From positions 42,780,001 through 42,844,000 of the forward strand of contig CM060732.1 in NCBI GenBank assembly GCA_030704615.1: a stretch of 64,000 nucleotides of DNA, given 5' to 3'. This document shows, one piece after another, positions 12,461 to 26,000 of this stretch (the stretch's first letter is position 1; each line of letters starts with the position of its first letter). The translations under genes were made by a program, and so were the position numbers. The notes under the pieces are model-generated. The model ran no database searches and was not told the DNA's origin. It saw only the letters and a program-made list of their open reading frames with translations. The stretch is from Takakia lepidozioides (Eukaryota; Plantae; Bryophyta).

Positions 12461-14174
12461 ATAAATTGGAATCCCCCATTGTAATTATGACATGTCGGTA
12501 GAGAAATGTCATACTTTATTATTTATTATATTTTTACATACAAAGGAACTTCCTCAAATCTTGAAATTTGCCTACAAACTTTGCTAACAACGTCTTGTAG
12601 ATAATACGCAGTGTCACTGTAAAGTTGATTTGTCCAGGAAAAATTAGGAAGATTTTGCACATACTTGATCAAATCAAATTTTTAAGTATAATTTGGTATA
12701 GACTTACAAAATCAAAATTTTATTTTATTTCATAATATTTGCATTGCAATGGTGAAATCTTGTCACCACCTAGATGATAATCTTAGGGATGATATAGTGC
12801 AGTCCATGCATGTGGATGAACCGCAGTAGAAAATTACATCCATTTTTGTTACGGTATATATCATTTTAGCTCGAATACTAGAAACCATATGTCGTTGCTT
12901 AAGGGTTACATAAGCAAAGATAAGGGTTGGATGATAAAACGAGAATAAAACTGGATCCTAATTAGAGTAGAAAGAGATAACAAGGGGTCAGATCTTAGAC
13001 GGGAGATTACACAAAATAAAACATAATTCAATGTATGCACATGAAATATTGAGAGGACAAAGAGTGCATTTGTACGACCTTTTAGAAAAACGACTAGCGA
13101 CCAAAGGGATATGGTAGTCTACAAAAGAATGACCCTGAGGCCATGAAAAATCATGACAGAAAAAACCATGACAGTTCTTTTAATCAGTTATTGAAATGAT
13201 GTGTGTTAAATGAGCTTACTAAATAAGTGGCTTGTTGTGTAATCATGATGAGATACGTTAATACGTTATACAGTTTATAAGTTATATAATATTAACTTAT
13301 TTCTTACTCAGTTTATATTTTAATTGAAGTATCTAGGTACGAAAAATCATAAATAATATTATATAAATCTATCATAAATATGAATAAAAACTCAATAATA
13401 TCTGATAGATTATATAATGTAATTTTATAAAATTAATCTTAGTTGATATAAATAATATTAAGATGGTGCGTAACTTGATGGATTTAAATGGATTTGAAAG
13501 GATTTGAGTTTTGGGAAAAACTTAAGGTTTTGAAAAAATAGATATTAGTGCACCAACCCATATTAGTGCTTTGATGAGCAACGAAACCGCTCTTGGGATC
13601 GATTCCACACAACAGCAATAAAATATATTTTTGGGATAAAATATATTATAAATTATCAAAAGAGGTAATAAAGTTTTTTGATAAAAGCTTAATCAAAATA
13701 GGGATATTCAGTGGAGGTTGTATTTCGAAAAAGTTATAATATAGATTGATCTTTTTTACAGTAATTTATAGTCTCATCCTTAGGGACGAGACAATAAATT
13801 GACTTCAATGATTTGAAAGATAATACAATAGAATCGAGACGTAATCTCAATATCGTATATGAGGTTAGAAGATATGATGTTTTAAACCATGATATAATAT
13901 TACTTAATACAATCTTATTACATATACATGTATAACTGTTAGGGCTTTGGAGATAGATCTAGTACTACGATATTGTCATACATTGATGTTTGTGTGAAGA
14001 GATTTCTAGAGGATATAATCAGGAAAATCCGGATCAATTGTTTATTTCAAGGTAAGTTTTACTACCGACATCAGTCCCTGACAAATGTAAGTTTTATCCC
14101 CTTATGTTCCGCTCAAACTGGGCACCGGGTCAATGACCAACCATCAGCAACTTATCATTAGTTTGTAACGTCAT

Positions 14175-14540
14175 GCAAACTACACACAGCTCACTCCCGC
14201 TCCAAGCAATGTTGAGCAACAACTTACCACTTAGTCGATCAGCAACTTAGAACTAGCTTCTGATGTCCTGACAACATCATCTCCAGCAAACTGCACACAA
14301 CTCACTCCCGCTTCAAGCAGTATTGAACAACAACTTACCACTCAATCCATTAGCAACGTACCACTAGCTTCTGAAGTCCTAATAACGTCAGCTCGAGCAA
14401 TCTGCATACAGCTCACTCCCTTTCCAGACAGTATTAAGCAACAACTTATCACTTAGTCCATCAGCAACTTACCACTAGCTTCTGAAATCTTGACAACGAA
14501 CTTAGCTGCAGCAAACTGCACACATGCTCCCCCGCTCTAC
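14175..14540. repeat. Tandem repeat, ~111-bp unit, ~3.3 copies
   Basis: Units beginning gcaaact(a/g)cacaca(g/a)ctcactcccgc start at 14175, 14286, 14397 and 14511. Confidence 0.9.
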
Positions 14541-14689
14541 ACAATTAGGTTTGTGTCATCTGGAATGAAGTAAAAAAAATCATACATAATTAGTTGTTAT
14601 ATACATATGAGTTTTTTCTCTGCCATTTATTCACTTTAGGGCTTCGTTCCCATTTTTAATTATTTTAAATTTATTAAATTTATTTTTTA

Positions 14690-14723
<34 letters not shown>

Positions 14724-17201
14724 CTACACAACAAGGTTGTTGTCTGGTAGTAATTCACTAATGTATTAACCTGCAGGTCTGAGGTTTAACCCTTGTCATC
14801 TGTCCTCTTTGCCTTCGGGTTGGGCTCTACTATGATGCCTCCATAGCTCTGTTGGTGTTTCCTCATAAAATAAAAAAAATAAAAAAAATATAAAAATGTC
14901 ATGTTAGCATAAAAATCTCCCCTCCCAAGTGGCAAGAAAGAAGCTTTTCAAAAACTAGTAGATCACTTTAGGTTCGCACATAGTACGTCTACAGTTCTAC
15001 GTATTAGTAGAACTGTATTAACTATACATGACATAACTAATAGTTACGTTTTTCCATACAGAATATTGTAGTCACTCCAAACTTAATTACTAGGTCTACA
15101 TACACGTCTAACTAGAAGTTGTATGTTTTTTCTTAAGACTTGACGGAAGATGATACAAACCTAATTTTGCCATCATTATCCATTGTGTACGTATTATCTA
15201 GCCCACCCAACTCCACGGTGCAGCCCTCGTCATACAATGTGATATGACCAAATCTTATCTTGGCCAGTTGTAACACCCAAAGATTAGGATCTACACAAAC
15301 TATCATTGAAGTGCGTCTAAATTTTTTTCTCAAACAACTCGATGCTTCTAGGCTTTCATTGTACGTTTATATACCCCCCATAATATAACAATTTTAAACA
15401 TTTGACTTGAAAGTATTTGAGAAAGTCATGTTGTGGAGAATATGTCAAATTCATGAAGGTTGTATTTTAAAAACTTCTAGGAAATTTTCCTCCTCCATCT
15501 AGAACCTTCTAAATTTTACTTTGTTACACTGGCATATAACTCCATCTTGAAAATAATGAATAACTTCAATTCTGGAAGTGACATGAGAACATACAGAGAG
15601 TGCTCTCTGCAACAACTCGACAACAAGTGTTATGGAACCCATGACGGTTCACGATGCACATGTGCAGTCCTCAATGATAACTCATATCCGCCATTATATA
15701 GAATGCACGATGCACAGCGAGCCTCGACAGCAACTGTATCGCTCTAATCAAGAATACATCTGCCACACCCTAATTTGGTACATATCACCGAGATACGTTA
15801 TGGAAACTGAGCCACATAAATTTTTAATGCGACAACATGACTCAAATTCACAATATATATATTTTTTAAATTAATACATGCAACAACATGGCTCCAAGTC
15901 ACATTTTTTTTTAAAACTAAATCAAACATTGTCAATGTCATGTATACCCCACTAGTGGATTATGATATGACGTTTCACAAATACGTCAGTGTCACGTCAC
16001 GTCTTAAGCCGACTATACGTTGTGTAATATATATATATATATATTTTACTTTCACGCGATCAAATTTATCTCATTGTTGAAGTGACGACCTATGTATACT
16101 GCACTTGAAAAATAAATTTTGGACAATGGTTGAACATCCGGTTTCGGGCCACCACAAGGCGACATGACCATACGTTTATTTATTTATTTATATTTGGGCG
16201 ACGGTGGCCATACCAATTTGGTTCTATTTCCTATTTTTTAGTGGTTCAGGCGATGCACGAGCAACCGTAAGACGACGATGACTATATATTATATTTATTT
16301 GATGTTAAAAAATTAATGGTCCAAAACATGGTTCCACTAATTTCAAATTGTGTTTTCATGTATGGCACTCATGTTTTTTTCCCTAATTTATGTAAAAACG
16401 AACAAATTTTAGGGCGTAATCAGGTTCGATCTTAGAATTTCTTTACAACCCAAGATCAGTGATCTATACCATCAAGTGCATGGCAATCATTGAATATCAT
16501 ACCATTCTAGAATCTATATATTATAAGTTTTAGTCCTAATTTCAAAATCTGTTTTCATGTGGTACTCATATTTTTTTTTCTGGATGGCCAATGCTTACTT
16601 GACATGCTACAATGTTGCTCAATCCATTTGAAATAATTTCTCACTGATTTAGTCTTATTCTAAGTTTGAAATAAGGTACCCCTTGATTAATGATATATCG
16701 GATTTGGGTGTTTTCCGGTTTAGGTGTTTACTGTTGTAGGTATTTTCGGGTGTAGGTGTTTATTGGTGCAGGTATTTATTGGAGTAGGTGTTATATAGAG
16801 AAGGTGTTATGTGGAGAAGGTGTCAACAGGGAGTTGATTGTTTTTTGACACTGATAATTTTTTATTTATTTTTTAATTCACAAAAAACCTCCAGTAGGGA
16901 TCCTTGGGGGAATCCAGAGATACCATTGGCACCTCCAATGGAACGTGGGAACTCCCTGAGAACCAGCCTAGAAGCCGGGAATGCCCGGGAACCATTCCCC
17001 GGAGCGGGGAAGCGGAGCCCCCTTGGATGGATGAAAGTCAATTGGGAAGATTATCGTTCTGCTTTGCATCCGTTAGCCCATAACTTGTTTGCTTAAAATC
17101 TAAAACTCAAGTGGTGGGTCCCGGCCTTGCTCCACCTATTATTATAAAATTAATGCATGAGGTTGCGTTCTCTCTTTGGAAAGAACCATCTTCTACCTCT
17201 A

Positions 17202-17213
17202 GCTCTGACACCA
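17202..17213 (-). promoter_or_regulatory. Primer-binding site (tRNA-iMet type) of the host LTR element
   Basis: The minus strand reads TGGTGTCAGAGC, an 11/12 match to canonical TGGTATCAGAGC, 1 nt after a CA end. Confidence 0.6.
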
Positions 17214-17493
17214 TTGGTCACTGTAGCCTATATTATAGGCTAGTATAGTTTGTGCCCTCGTTGTCTCGGTGTGTACCTCGGGACCTAACTATCCCCTAAG
17301 CCTTTGCTATGGCTTAAACAAAAGGTTCCTCCACGGGCTACCTTCCCCCAAAAACTCAAATTTTTCCTACTATACATCCCTATATATAAGCTAAAGACCC
17401 TTAAGAGGGGTATAAATTAAAAGCAATAGTGAAGGGTAAGGAGACCCTCCTTAAAATGTGGAGGTAGCCCCTCTACTGCTGCTTTTTGAGCCC

Positions 17494-17914
17494 TGTCATG
17501 GTTTTAGTCATGGTTATCTAGAATTACCTACTTCTAGTTAAGTAGGACATTTTAGATATTTATATTTATATTTTGTGTGTTGGGACTTCATTTGGTCTCA
17601 CATGCCAAGTGAGGTGTCGAGCCTCACTTGAGACATGGAGATAGGTTTTCCCCTTGTGAGTGTTGAGGAGGCTCATCTTCTTGTAGTTGAGCCTCCATGA
17701 GCTTCTCTCACCTCCATAGCTCTAGGTATTGAGAGGGAGTGTGTTGAGGGCTTTGTAGGGTGGATTCCTTTAGCAAAGGTGCCCTTGGCTTGACTTAGTT
17801 TATGTGATAGAGTGGATTTCACTTGGAAGGACTAGGGCTTGTTCTTCATGTGATTGCTTCATGCTTTGAGAGCTTTCATTGTCTTCTACTTCTCTCATTT
17901 CTCATCTCTTATCA
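17494..17914 (+). repeat. Terminal repeat A1 (421 bp, TG...CA)
   Basis: Identical to 27714-28134 except for 2 transitions (ggag/ggaa and gttc/gttt), by manual comparison. Confidence 0.97.
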
Positions 17915-19221
17915 CTACAAGAAGATCACCTTATGCTTGTGAGTGCGGAGTGTAAGGATTAGTTTTGCACTTGTATTTTAAAGAGGTTGAGAGCTAGGAG
18001 AATTTAGCTCTTGTATCACAAGGCTTGCAAGGGGTTGCAAGGAAAGGTGCTCGAGTATTGCATGCACCAAGGAGTTGGAGAGCTTGAGAAGAAAGCTCTT
18101 GAGTCACAAGATTTTGCAAGGATTGTAAGGAGAAGTCTTATGTGTGTGGAAGCATGGATTCTAGGGTTTGAGAATCCTTTGTATGCATTATGGAGTCGAT
18201 GGTGTGCGCCATGGCTTGTGGAGAGTGACTAAAGGCTTGTTAGTGCTCATTTCACTATCAAGCTAGGGTTAAGCAAGTTCAAAGTGTGGATGTTGTGGAA
18301 GAGAAGCCAAGAGCTATATATGCTTGGGCTTGAAGACAACAAGGGCAAGCACTTGGAGCACTAAGAAGCTCAAGAGGTTTTGAAAGGGAGCATGTGAAGA
18401 AATCTTCCAATCATGGTGGTGTGGAGCCAAGCTTAGGGTGCCATTGGAAGGGCTTGGAGAACATGTGGTGGGAAATCCTTGAAGGGAAATCATCATTCAA
18501 TGTATGCATAGCTTCACCCTAACTATGTAATGTGACAAGAGGGGGAGGCAATACTTGGCTATTCATGCTCTTGGTAGTGCGAGCTTTGTGGTGGATAGTT
18601 GACCAAGCAAGTGGTGCATGTGTGGAGCATGCTCGCTTGAGTTTGTAAGTTCAAGTTTGAGAAGGGGAGCTCTTGAACTAGCAAGAGGTGAAGGCCTTTG
18701 AGATCCATTTGTGTGTGAAGTGGAGAGGGTTTGATTCATGTTATGATGAAGGAGAGCAACACATAGGCCAAGAGGTCATGAAACATGCATTCAAATGACC
18801 ACGGGGAGCACATGGATGATGGATTGGTGCAAGACCCCAAATGAGGCATATGGCGTGAGAGTGGGATCCAAGGCGGATTGCTTGGGAGCATTATTGTAAG
18901 TGACAAGCATTGCTCCTACACATTGAGATAATTTGTGTTGATTTGGAGCAATTGTCAAGTGATGAGGAGACAAAAATGCATGATTGCTCGGCAATGGAGA
19001 TATGGTAGTTTGCAATCAAATCCCAAGGACTAGAAGGGGGATTGATTTGGTGGACAATGACTTGCAAGTTGAGTTGGACCACTCTTGGTTGCACATTGGG
19101 GTGGAAGAGAGCAAGAAGATGCCTCTTATGACCACCTAGAGACCATATTTTTGCTTGAGTAGAAGCATAGAAGTCAAGGACTTGCATTCTAGCTCTTCAT
19201 TACAAACCCTAATAGTCTATG

Positions 19222-19602
19222 CTCAGACTATACCTCTGTTAGTATACCAAACAGGAGCTTGTCCCTTTGACTATACCTCTGTTGAGGTATCACCATATGT
19301 GAACCCTAATGTGAGACTATACCTCTGTTAGTATACCAAACAGAGCTTGTCCATTTTACTATACCTCTATTGAGGTATCACCATATGTGAACCCTAATCA
19401 GCTCAGACTATACCTCTGTTAGTATACTTGTCCTTTTACCTACCTCTGTTGAGGTATCACCATATGTGAACCCTAATCAGCTCAGACTATACCTCTGTTA
19501 GTATACCAAACAGAACCCTCATTTTTCAGACTATACCTCTGTAAAGGTATCATCAACATAAGGGACCCTAGCAACCTCAGACTATACCTCTGTTAAGGTA
19601 TC
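19222..19602 (+). repeat. Tandem array of 9 CTATACCTCTGTT-core units in the retroelement 5' leader
   Basis: Cores lie near 19228, 19270, 19316, 19358, 19407, 19439, 19486, 19530 and 19581. Alternate units form the hairpin ATACCTC-TGTT-GAGGTAT. Confidence 0.9.
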
Positions 19603-20358
19603 AACAGTGAAAGGACTTAGTGAAATTTAAGGGCCTTTGGAGGATTGTTTGGAAGATATTTGAGGGCCCTTGGAGGAGTATTTGGAGGATCTTTGGGGTC
19701 CTTGGAGGACCCTTCGAGGAGCTTTGGTGGACAATGTTGAAGAGCTCTTGAAGGATTGATTGAGGGATATTGAAGGATACTTGCCACGGCCATACAAGCG
19801 AGTGGATAGAGACAGGAGGGAGAGTGGTGGGATGAGAGCATTCTGGGGTTAGGAATTGCTTTAGTTTCTCTTCTCCATAGTCTTTCACCCTCTCTGTAGG
19901 CCAAAACCTTTCCGTAGGTGGAGGCAAGAGTCAGTCCGGGTTTGGGCTGGGGTGTCCTTGCAGGAGCGACACTGTGGAGTGTTTTTGGTGTGGGGGAGTT
20001 GCTGTCTTGATTTTCTTGTGTTTGGATCCCCTCCACACCTGCATGCTTGACTGTGCGCCATGTTAGCTTTGTGTGGGCGCTTGTTTTCATAGGAGGTTGG
20101 TCCGGATTTGATCACCGGCCAATCCTAGAGTATGCTGTCGGTGGTGAGGCTGGAGTGATGACCAGCAGACCACCAGTGTTTCTTCTATGGTGAGGCTGGG
20201 TTGATGACCAGCAGACCATAGGAGTGCTTGCGGTGGATGCAGGTGCAGTACAGGTCTACGTTAGAAACCTATTATTCCTGCTTGAACCAGTAGCCGCAAC
20301 AGGTTCTTTACCCGGTTACCTTGTAGAAAGTGGGGATTAGAGACAGGTTGACAACCGG

Positions 20359-21800
20359 TTGGGTTGTGAGTTTTCATCACGGAGGTGCCACCAGCTGCTG
20401 AGGGGAGTGCCGGTACAAGCACCAGCGACTAGTGGGTACACAAGACAAGGTGTGCGGTTTAGGCCACTTTCACCTTCAGTGTCTTCTGAGGAAGGTTCAG
20501 ACTCGGAGTCAGGAGGATTCTCGCCGAGGGTGCAAGTCATTTCCGTGCCATTGTTGTGGGACACGATGGAGGAGATGTATGGAGCTACCAAGGGGCCACG
20601 TAGGTACTCTGGAGCTGTGGGCACCATCGAGCTTGATGACTTTATACAAGAGTTTGACAGTTGGTGTGATTTGCAGCAAATGCGCAATCCACAACTGTTT
20701 ACGCCCTTTATGGCGTGGAAGGGGCTATTCCAGCACCTTGAGGGGCCGCCCATGGATGATTACCATGAATTTAGGCGGGACATGCGGTGGAGATTGAGGA
20801 GTGGCGAGAGTATTGGTCACCTAACTATGTCTCAATCACTAGAGGCACAAGGGCAGCGGTGACACCAGCAGCTACACAAACATCTCCAACTACAAGCACT
20901 AGTAGTGGAACAAGTAGTGCCGGCACTTCTGCAGGTGGTACCAGTTCAAAAGGTGCTACTACTCCTCCTGCCACAATTACAACACATGTGCCTAGATTCA
21001 ACCCGGTGGTGGAGTTCTTCCAGGAGTTGCGGAGGAACTACCAAGGTGTACGGACAGAGAAGCTGCGAAGTTTGCAAGACTTCCAGCGCAAATCCAGTGA
21101 GAGCTTGCGAGAGGCCTACACTCGTATGAGGCGCTTGATAAATGTGACCCAAGGGGTTACTGAAGCTCAGGCAGTCCTGGTATGGAATTTTGGACAAGGA
21201 GCTCAAGAGAAGGGTGCGGGATGCAACCCTGTTACAAGCGGCCCAACCCACATTAGCGGATGTGTTCTGCTGGCTGAGCGGATTGAGCTCAACATGGTGG
21301 AGGAGCGAGTTGTTACCATTGGATTTGGCAAGGACATGCCTGCACGAGGTGCAGCTGCCAGCCAACAGGTACAAGGGACTGCCCAACAGTGGTCAGGGGG
21401 GCAAGGTTGCCCAACCCAGTTCCATGGAGCTTACAGGGACCTCAGGTGCAGAGGCCCGTGGCATCTTTTGCAGGCCAACAGCAACCAGGGGTGATATGTT
21501 GGACATGTGGAGGACCCCATGTCAAGAGAGATTGCCCAGAGAGTGGCAGAAGGCCGGCACAAGCACAGCCTGCACAGTTGCAGTGTGGGCATTGTGGCAA
21601 GTATGGGCATGGAGATGCCCAGTGTTATGACTTGCACCCTGAGTTGCGCCCAGGCCAGTTCCAAGGGAACAATGGTGGCCGGGGGCGAGGTGGACCAGCC
21701 CAGAGAGGGTGGTCGGGCACGAGGTGCAGGCCAAGGGCAAGCTCAACATGGCCAAGGACGCGGAGGTCAGGGTGTTGACCAACATGGCCAACCGGCTTCA
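20359..21800 (+). pseudogene. gag: Gag with two CCHC zinc knuckles, frameshifted
   Basis: ELDDFIQEFDSWCD...; LRSLQDFQRKSSESLREAYTRMRRL; knuckles CWTCGGPHVKRDC and CGHCGKYGHGDAQC. Spread over ORFs 20359, 20787, 21190 and 21389. Confidence 0.85.
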
Positions 21801-22514
21801 GCAGCTAGAGCAGAGGCTCGCTGCCATGGCTACAGCTCAGGTGGTACCGGCTCCCAGGCGGGATGGTCCACCTCCTGCTCCTGAGGGAGGAGATATGGGA
21901 GGCATGGGATTCATGTGCGGAGCAGCACTACCACTAGTGCAGGTGGAGTCTGCTGCAGCCGTGACTCGAGGAGCAGCACGAGTTCCTGAGCCACGAGGTG
22001 CAGAGGTGGAATTGGATCCACAGCGTGGGGAGGCAAGCCGTCAGGCGAGGCTTCCTCAGTCATTCACATTGGCGGAGACAGTGTCGACGCCATCCATGGC
22101 ACCTAGTTCTCGCCCGACTGTTACCGAGGCGAGGTTACTATGCCATTGGGGAGCTACACGTGCAGCACTGACACCTGCTACCAAGGCTAGTGCAGCGGTG
22201 TGTTATTGGGGCAGCCACCTCTGTGTGTCAAGCCCCACTGTTCTCGGCAACCATGATTGCGACGCCGGGGTAACCAGCTGCAGTGTTCACTAGCAGCAAC
22301 ACTCTGCGAGAGTGGGGAGTCACTTCATCTTCTGCGGAGTTACTGGAAGGTGTAGTGGCAGAGGGATCCTCGGATTTGAGGGTCAAGACTGCCACGGCTG
22401 CGCATGGCAAGCTGCAGCTGCCAGGTTGACGGAGCTGCCAGCTAGGCCAGCCTTTGAGCGCGCCATGGTGACACCTGGAGTTGTCTTGTTAGACAACCAG
22501 GAGGCATTTTCACT

Positions 22515-22957
22515 TTGAGTGGACCGGCAGGCAAGAAGTACCGGCCACTGCGGGTCTTGTTGGACTCAGGAGCTCAGCCACTGATGTTGGGCAGAGCTGC
22601 TATTGCAGGTTTGGGCCTCATGGAGGCGGATATGGAGCCTTGTCCTTTCCAGATACAGACATCTCTGGGAGGATCAGAGCAGGCTCGGGGCATGACACGG
22701 CGTGAGTTGGCCATTGGACTACAACCAGATCATCCTGCTCAGTGATGCGAGCCAAGGCCATTGTGACAGACGCGGTCTCTTACGATGTCCTTGTTGGTGG
22801 GGCAGTGTTATATCCCATGGGCTTCACCCTGGACTTTTGGGAGGAGTCAGCATCCTACAGGCCTGGATGGCAGTCAGGGGATGGTCGTCGTGCACAGCTC
22901 CCTGTGACATTCATTGGGGTATTGCGGCTGCCCAGCGGGGCAAGATGCCAACACTAG
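22515..22957 (+). pseudogene. Retroviral-type aspartic protease, frameshifted
   Basis: The catalytic motif RVLLDSGAQPLMLG is followed by YDVLVGGAVL (the ILG-type motif). Confidence 0.85.
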
Positions 22958-23267
22958 CCGCCTTTACAGCTGCAGTTAGTTGGCCTGGAGAGTTGCTGGA
23001 AGGCAATGCCCATGCAGAGGATGTGCCACCTCCAGCAGAGCAGGATGACATGCATGGTACGGCGGAGTTGCCTGCCATGGTTGCTCACACTCCATTATGG
23101 GTACGAGCAAGGATTTGCAGCAGGCTGCTGATGGACGGGTACAACAAGCCTGGGTAGAGGCCTTCGTACCGTCAGGAGAAGAGGAGAGTGCGGTGATTGC
23201 ACCAGGACCACCTCAGTTGTCGCCATTGGACACCACACCTCTTGTGTGGCAGCCCGGATGAAGGCAT

Positions 23268-24392
23268 ATGCTTCTGGACTTGTTTGGCGGGATCAGCACT
23301 GGATTGGCTGCAGTACTGCAGGCAGGTGTACGAGTTCGACGTTACCTGTATGTGGAGAGGGATGAGACTGCACGACGCGTCTCACTGCGCCATGTTGCTC
23401 AGTTGGTACAGCAGTACCCTGATTTGTTGCCAGTGTCTGCAGTTCGTGGATACCAACAAGCCTTGCCAGCAGACATTTCGTTGCTGGGGGCGCAGGATTT
23501 GGAGCGGGTTGGCTCCATTGATCTGGTAGTGGCAGGTTGGCCCTGCCAAGGGCATTCATCAGCCCGGCATGGCAATGGATTGCGAGACTCGAGGACGGGT
23601 CTGTTTTGGGAGATGGTGCGGATTTTGCGCCACTTGCAGCTTCATCAAGCTGTATCTCCAGCATACATCTTGGAGAATGTGCCACTGATGGGTGATTCTC
23701 GGGCCAGGGTGATGGCCAGTGTGCATCAAGTCCGGTCGTGGCTTGGGTCAGCAGTGTTGCTGGATGCAGCTGCAGTGGGGTCATGGGCTCATCGTCCACG
23801 GCTATGGTGGACTAACTTGATGCCACCCGCACTGCTCAAGCGTGCATTTGATGGGGTGCAGCGGCCAGCACACCTCACAGTGGATAGCATTTTGGACACA
23901 GGGAGGCAGTCTCAACGTGTGAGACACGATGACCGTTCGCCTTTGGCAGTGGTCAACAGGGTGGGTCAACCACGAGCAGCATTACCTACACTGCTCAGCT
24001 TCCCAGGATCCCATGCTTTTCGGGATGGTGGACCTGGCCTCTTGTGGGATAGCCAGTTGCAACAATTAGTGGAGCCCAATGCTGACGAGCGCGAGCGGGC
24101 GATGGGTTTTACCACAGGTACCACGGCGGTGCCATCTCTTTCTGAGGCATCACGTCGTCAGGTGTTGGGGCAAGCAATGGATCTCAATTGCTTGACCTGG
24201 ATTATCAGCTTGGCTATGGCTGAGCAGCGCAGAGTACGGAGTACACTTCCCTTCATGGTCTCCCTGCCTACCGAGACGGTACAGGCAGCGAGTGGGGGCG
24301 AGCAGGTGAGACCACGAGGTGCAGGCCGCATCCATGGCACACGTGGGAGGTGCTCGAGGTTCAGAAGGAGTTGGCAGCCAAGGCGGCGGTGA
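23268..24392 (+). CDS. C5-cytosine DNA methyltransferase domain, DNMT3-like, embedded in pol
   Basis: All motifs are in one open frame: I LDLFGGIS, II YVERD, III ADI, IV DLVVAGWPCQGHS (catalytic PC), VI YILENV, VIII HRPRLWWTNL, IX ERERAMGF, X RRQVLGQAM. Confidence 0.93.
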   Translation: MLLDLFGGISTGLAAVLQAGVRVRRYLYVERDETARRVSLRHVAQLVQQYPDLLPVSAVRGYQQALPADISLLGAQDLERVGSIDLVVAGWPCQGHSSARHGNGLRDSRTGLFWEMVRILRHLQLHQAVSPAYILENVPLMGDSRARVMASVHQVRSWLGSAVLLDAAAVGSWAHRPRLWWTNLMPPALLKRAFDGVQRPAHLTVDSILDTGRQSQRVRHDDRSPLAVVNRVGQPRAALPTLLSFPGSHAFRDGGPGLLWDSQLQQLVEPNADERERAMGFTTGTTAVPSLSEASRRQVLGQAMDLNCLTWIISLAMAEQRRVRSTLPFMVSLPTETVQAASGGEQVRPRGAGRIHGTRGRCSRFRRSWQPRRR

Positions 24393-24639
24393 TGGATCAG
24401 GTTGGGGATTTTTCTCGGATTGAGGAGGTCCTCAAGGATGGGATGATGGGGCAGGATGAGACATTGTCACTGACAGAGGAGGCAGTGGTCACTGCTCAAG
24501 AGGTTGCAGCATAGCAACACGGACGCGTCTTCTACCTCTAAGCCTGCTGGACTCAAGGTTGCAGTCACGGAGGACAACTGGGAGCCTGATGTTGGACCTA
24601 TAGTCACCGGAGGAGAGAGACGACGTATACGGCGGTTCT

Positions 24640-26000
24640 TGAGGGCTTACAGAACTGCTTTGCCTTCAGTTTGAAGGACTTAGGAGCACTGAAGGGTCAA
24701 GAGATTCGCATTGAATTGGCTACTGACACGCCAATCTTTCGGAGACCCTATAGATACAGTGACATGGAGAGGTCCTTGATTCAGATGAGAACTCAGGACC
24801 TTTGGGAGGCTGGTTTGGTGGAGCTATCTGGGGGAGAGTATGCTTCAGCCACAGTGATGCCAGCCAAGAAGGATGTCTTTGGCAATTGGACGGAGAGACG
24901 TATGTGCGGTGATTACCGGCCTGTAAATCGTCACCAAGTCCGATAGGTATGCCATGCCAACACCAGAGGAGATCTTTGATGCCATTGGGCATGCCAAGGT
25001 CTTTAGCACGTTGGATTTACGATCCGGATATCACCAGTTGCCGATCAAGGAGGCGGATAAGCAAAAGACGGCATTCTGGGGTCAATGAGCACGGGAAGGA
25101 TTGCCTATACCAGTGGCGGTTCTTACCATTTGGGCTTAAGAACGCTCCGGCAGAGTTTCAGAGAGTCATGGACAGGATTCTAGCAGGGGTGGAGTTTGCT
25201 CGGTGCTACATAGATGACATCATCATCTTTAGTGCTACGGTGGAAGAGCATGAGAGACACCTTCAGGGGGTATTTGAGCGCTTGAGGGCGCACGGATTGA
25301 AGTTACATCCGGGAAAGTGCAAGTTTTTCCACAACCAGATTGAGTATCTGGGTCACATGATATATCCTGGAGGATTGGGGGTACAGCAGACTAAGGTAGA
25401 GTCCATTGCACAGGTTCCACGCCCCACGGATGTGAGCCGAGTTCGAGCTTTCATGGGGTTAGCAAACTATTATAGACGGTTTGTTAAGGGATTTAGTGCC
25501 ATTGCAAAGGCTCTAACCAAGCTGACCAAGGTGGACCAGGAGTGGCAGTGGGAAGATGAGCAAGAACAAGCTTTTCAAGAGCTCAAGGCGAGGTTGACCT
25601 CGGCGCCATCTTGAGACCTACAGGGGGCGTCTTTTCAGTTGCATACAGATTGGCATGCTGGGGCTTGGAGCGGTGCTCACACAGGTGGATGATGAGGGAA
25701 GAGAGTTCGTAGTGGCTTATGCTAGCCGCTCGAACAACGTTGCAGAGTCTAAGTATAGCTCATATGAGGGAGAATGCTTAGCTGCAGTGTGGGCCGTGGC
25801 ACACTTCAGGTGCTATCTATACGCAATCTCTTCACCCTTGTCACGAATCACCAACCACTCAAGTGGTTGATGGAGTCACAAGCTTACGGGGAAGCTTGCA
25901 CGGTGGGCACTCATCCTTCAAGAGTATGACTTTCAGGTGGTGCATCGACCGGGTTTGGTCAATCGCAATGCAGATGGGTTGAGTCGCAATCCATGCACGA
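24640..26000 (+). pseudogene. pol: Reverse transcriptase and RNase H, frameshifted
   Basis: RT: PIFRRPYR, RMCGDYRPVN, FLPFGLKNAPAEFQR, YIDDIII, GKCKF, VRAFMGLANYYRRF. RNase H: [35 protein letters not shown]. Confidence 0.95.

Noticed and set aside
16700-16830. ~15-bp AGGTGTT-containing tandem run as a telomere-like tract
   Set aside because: It does not match TTTAGGG arrays and is a short degenerate minisatellite.
19601-20115. Antisense ORFs (108-157 aa) in the retroelement leader
   Set aside because: Low-complexity P/K-rich translations of strand-biased repetitive sequence with no domain features.
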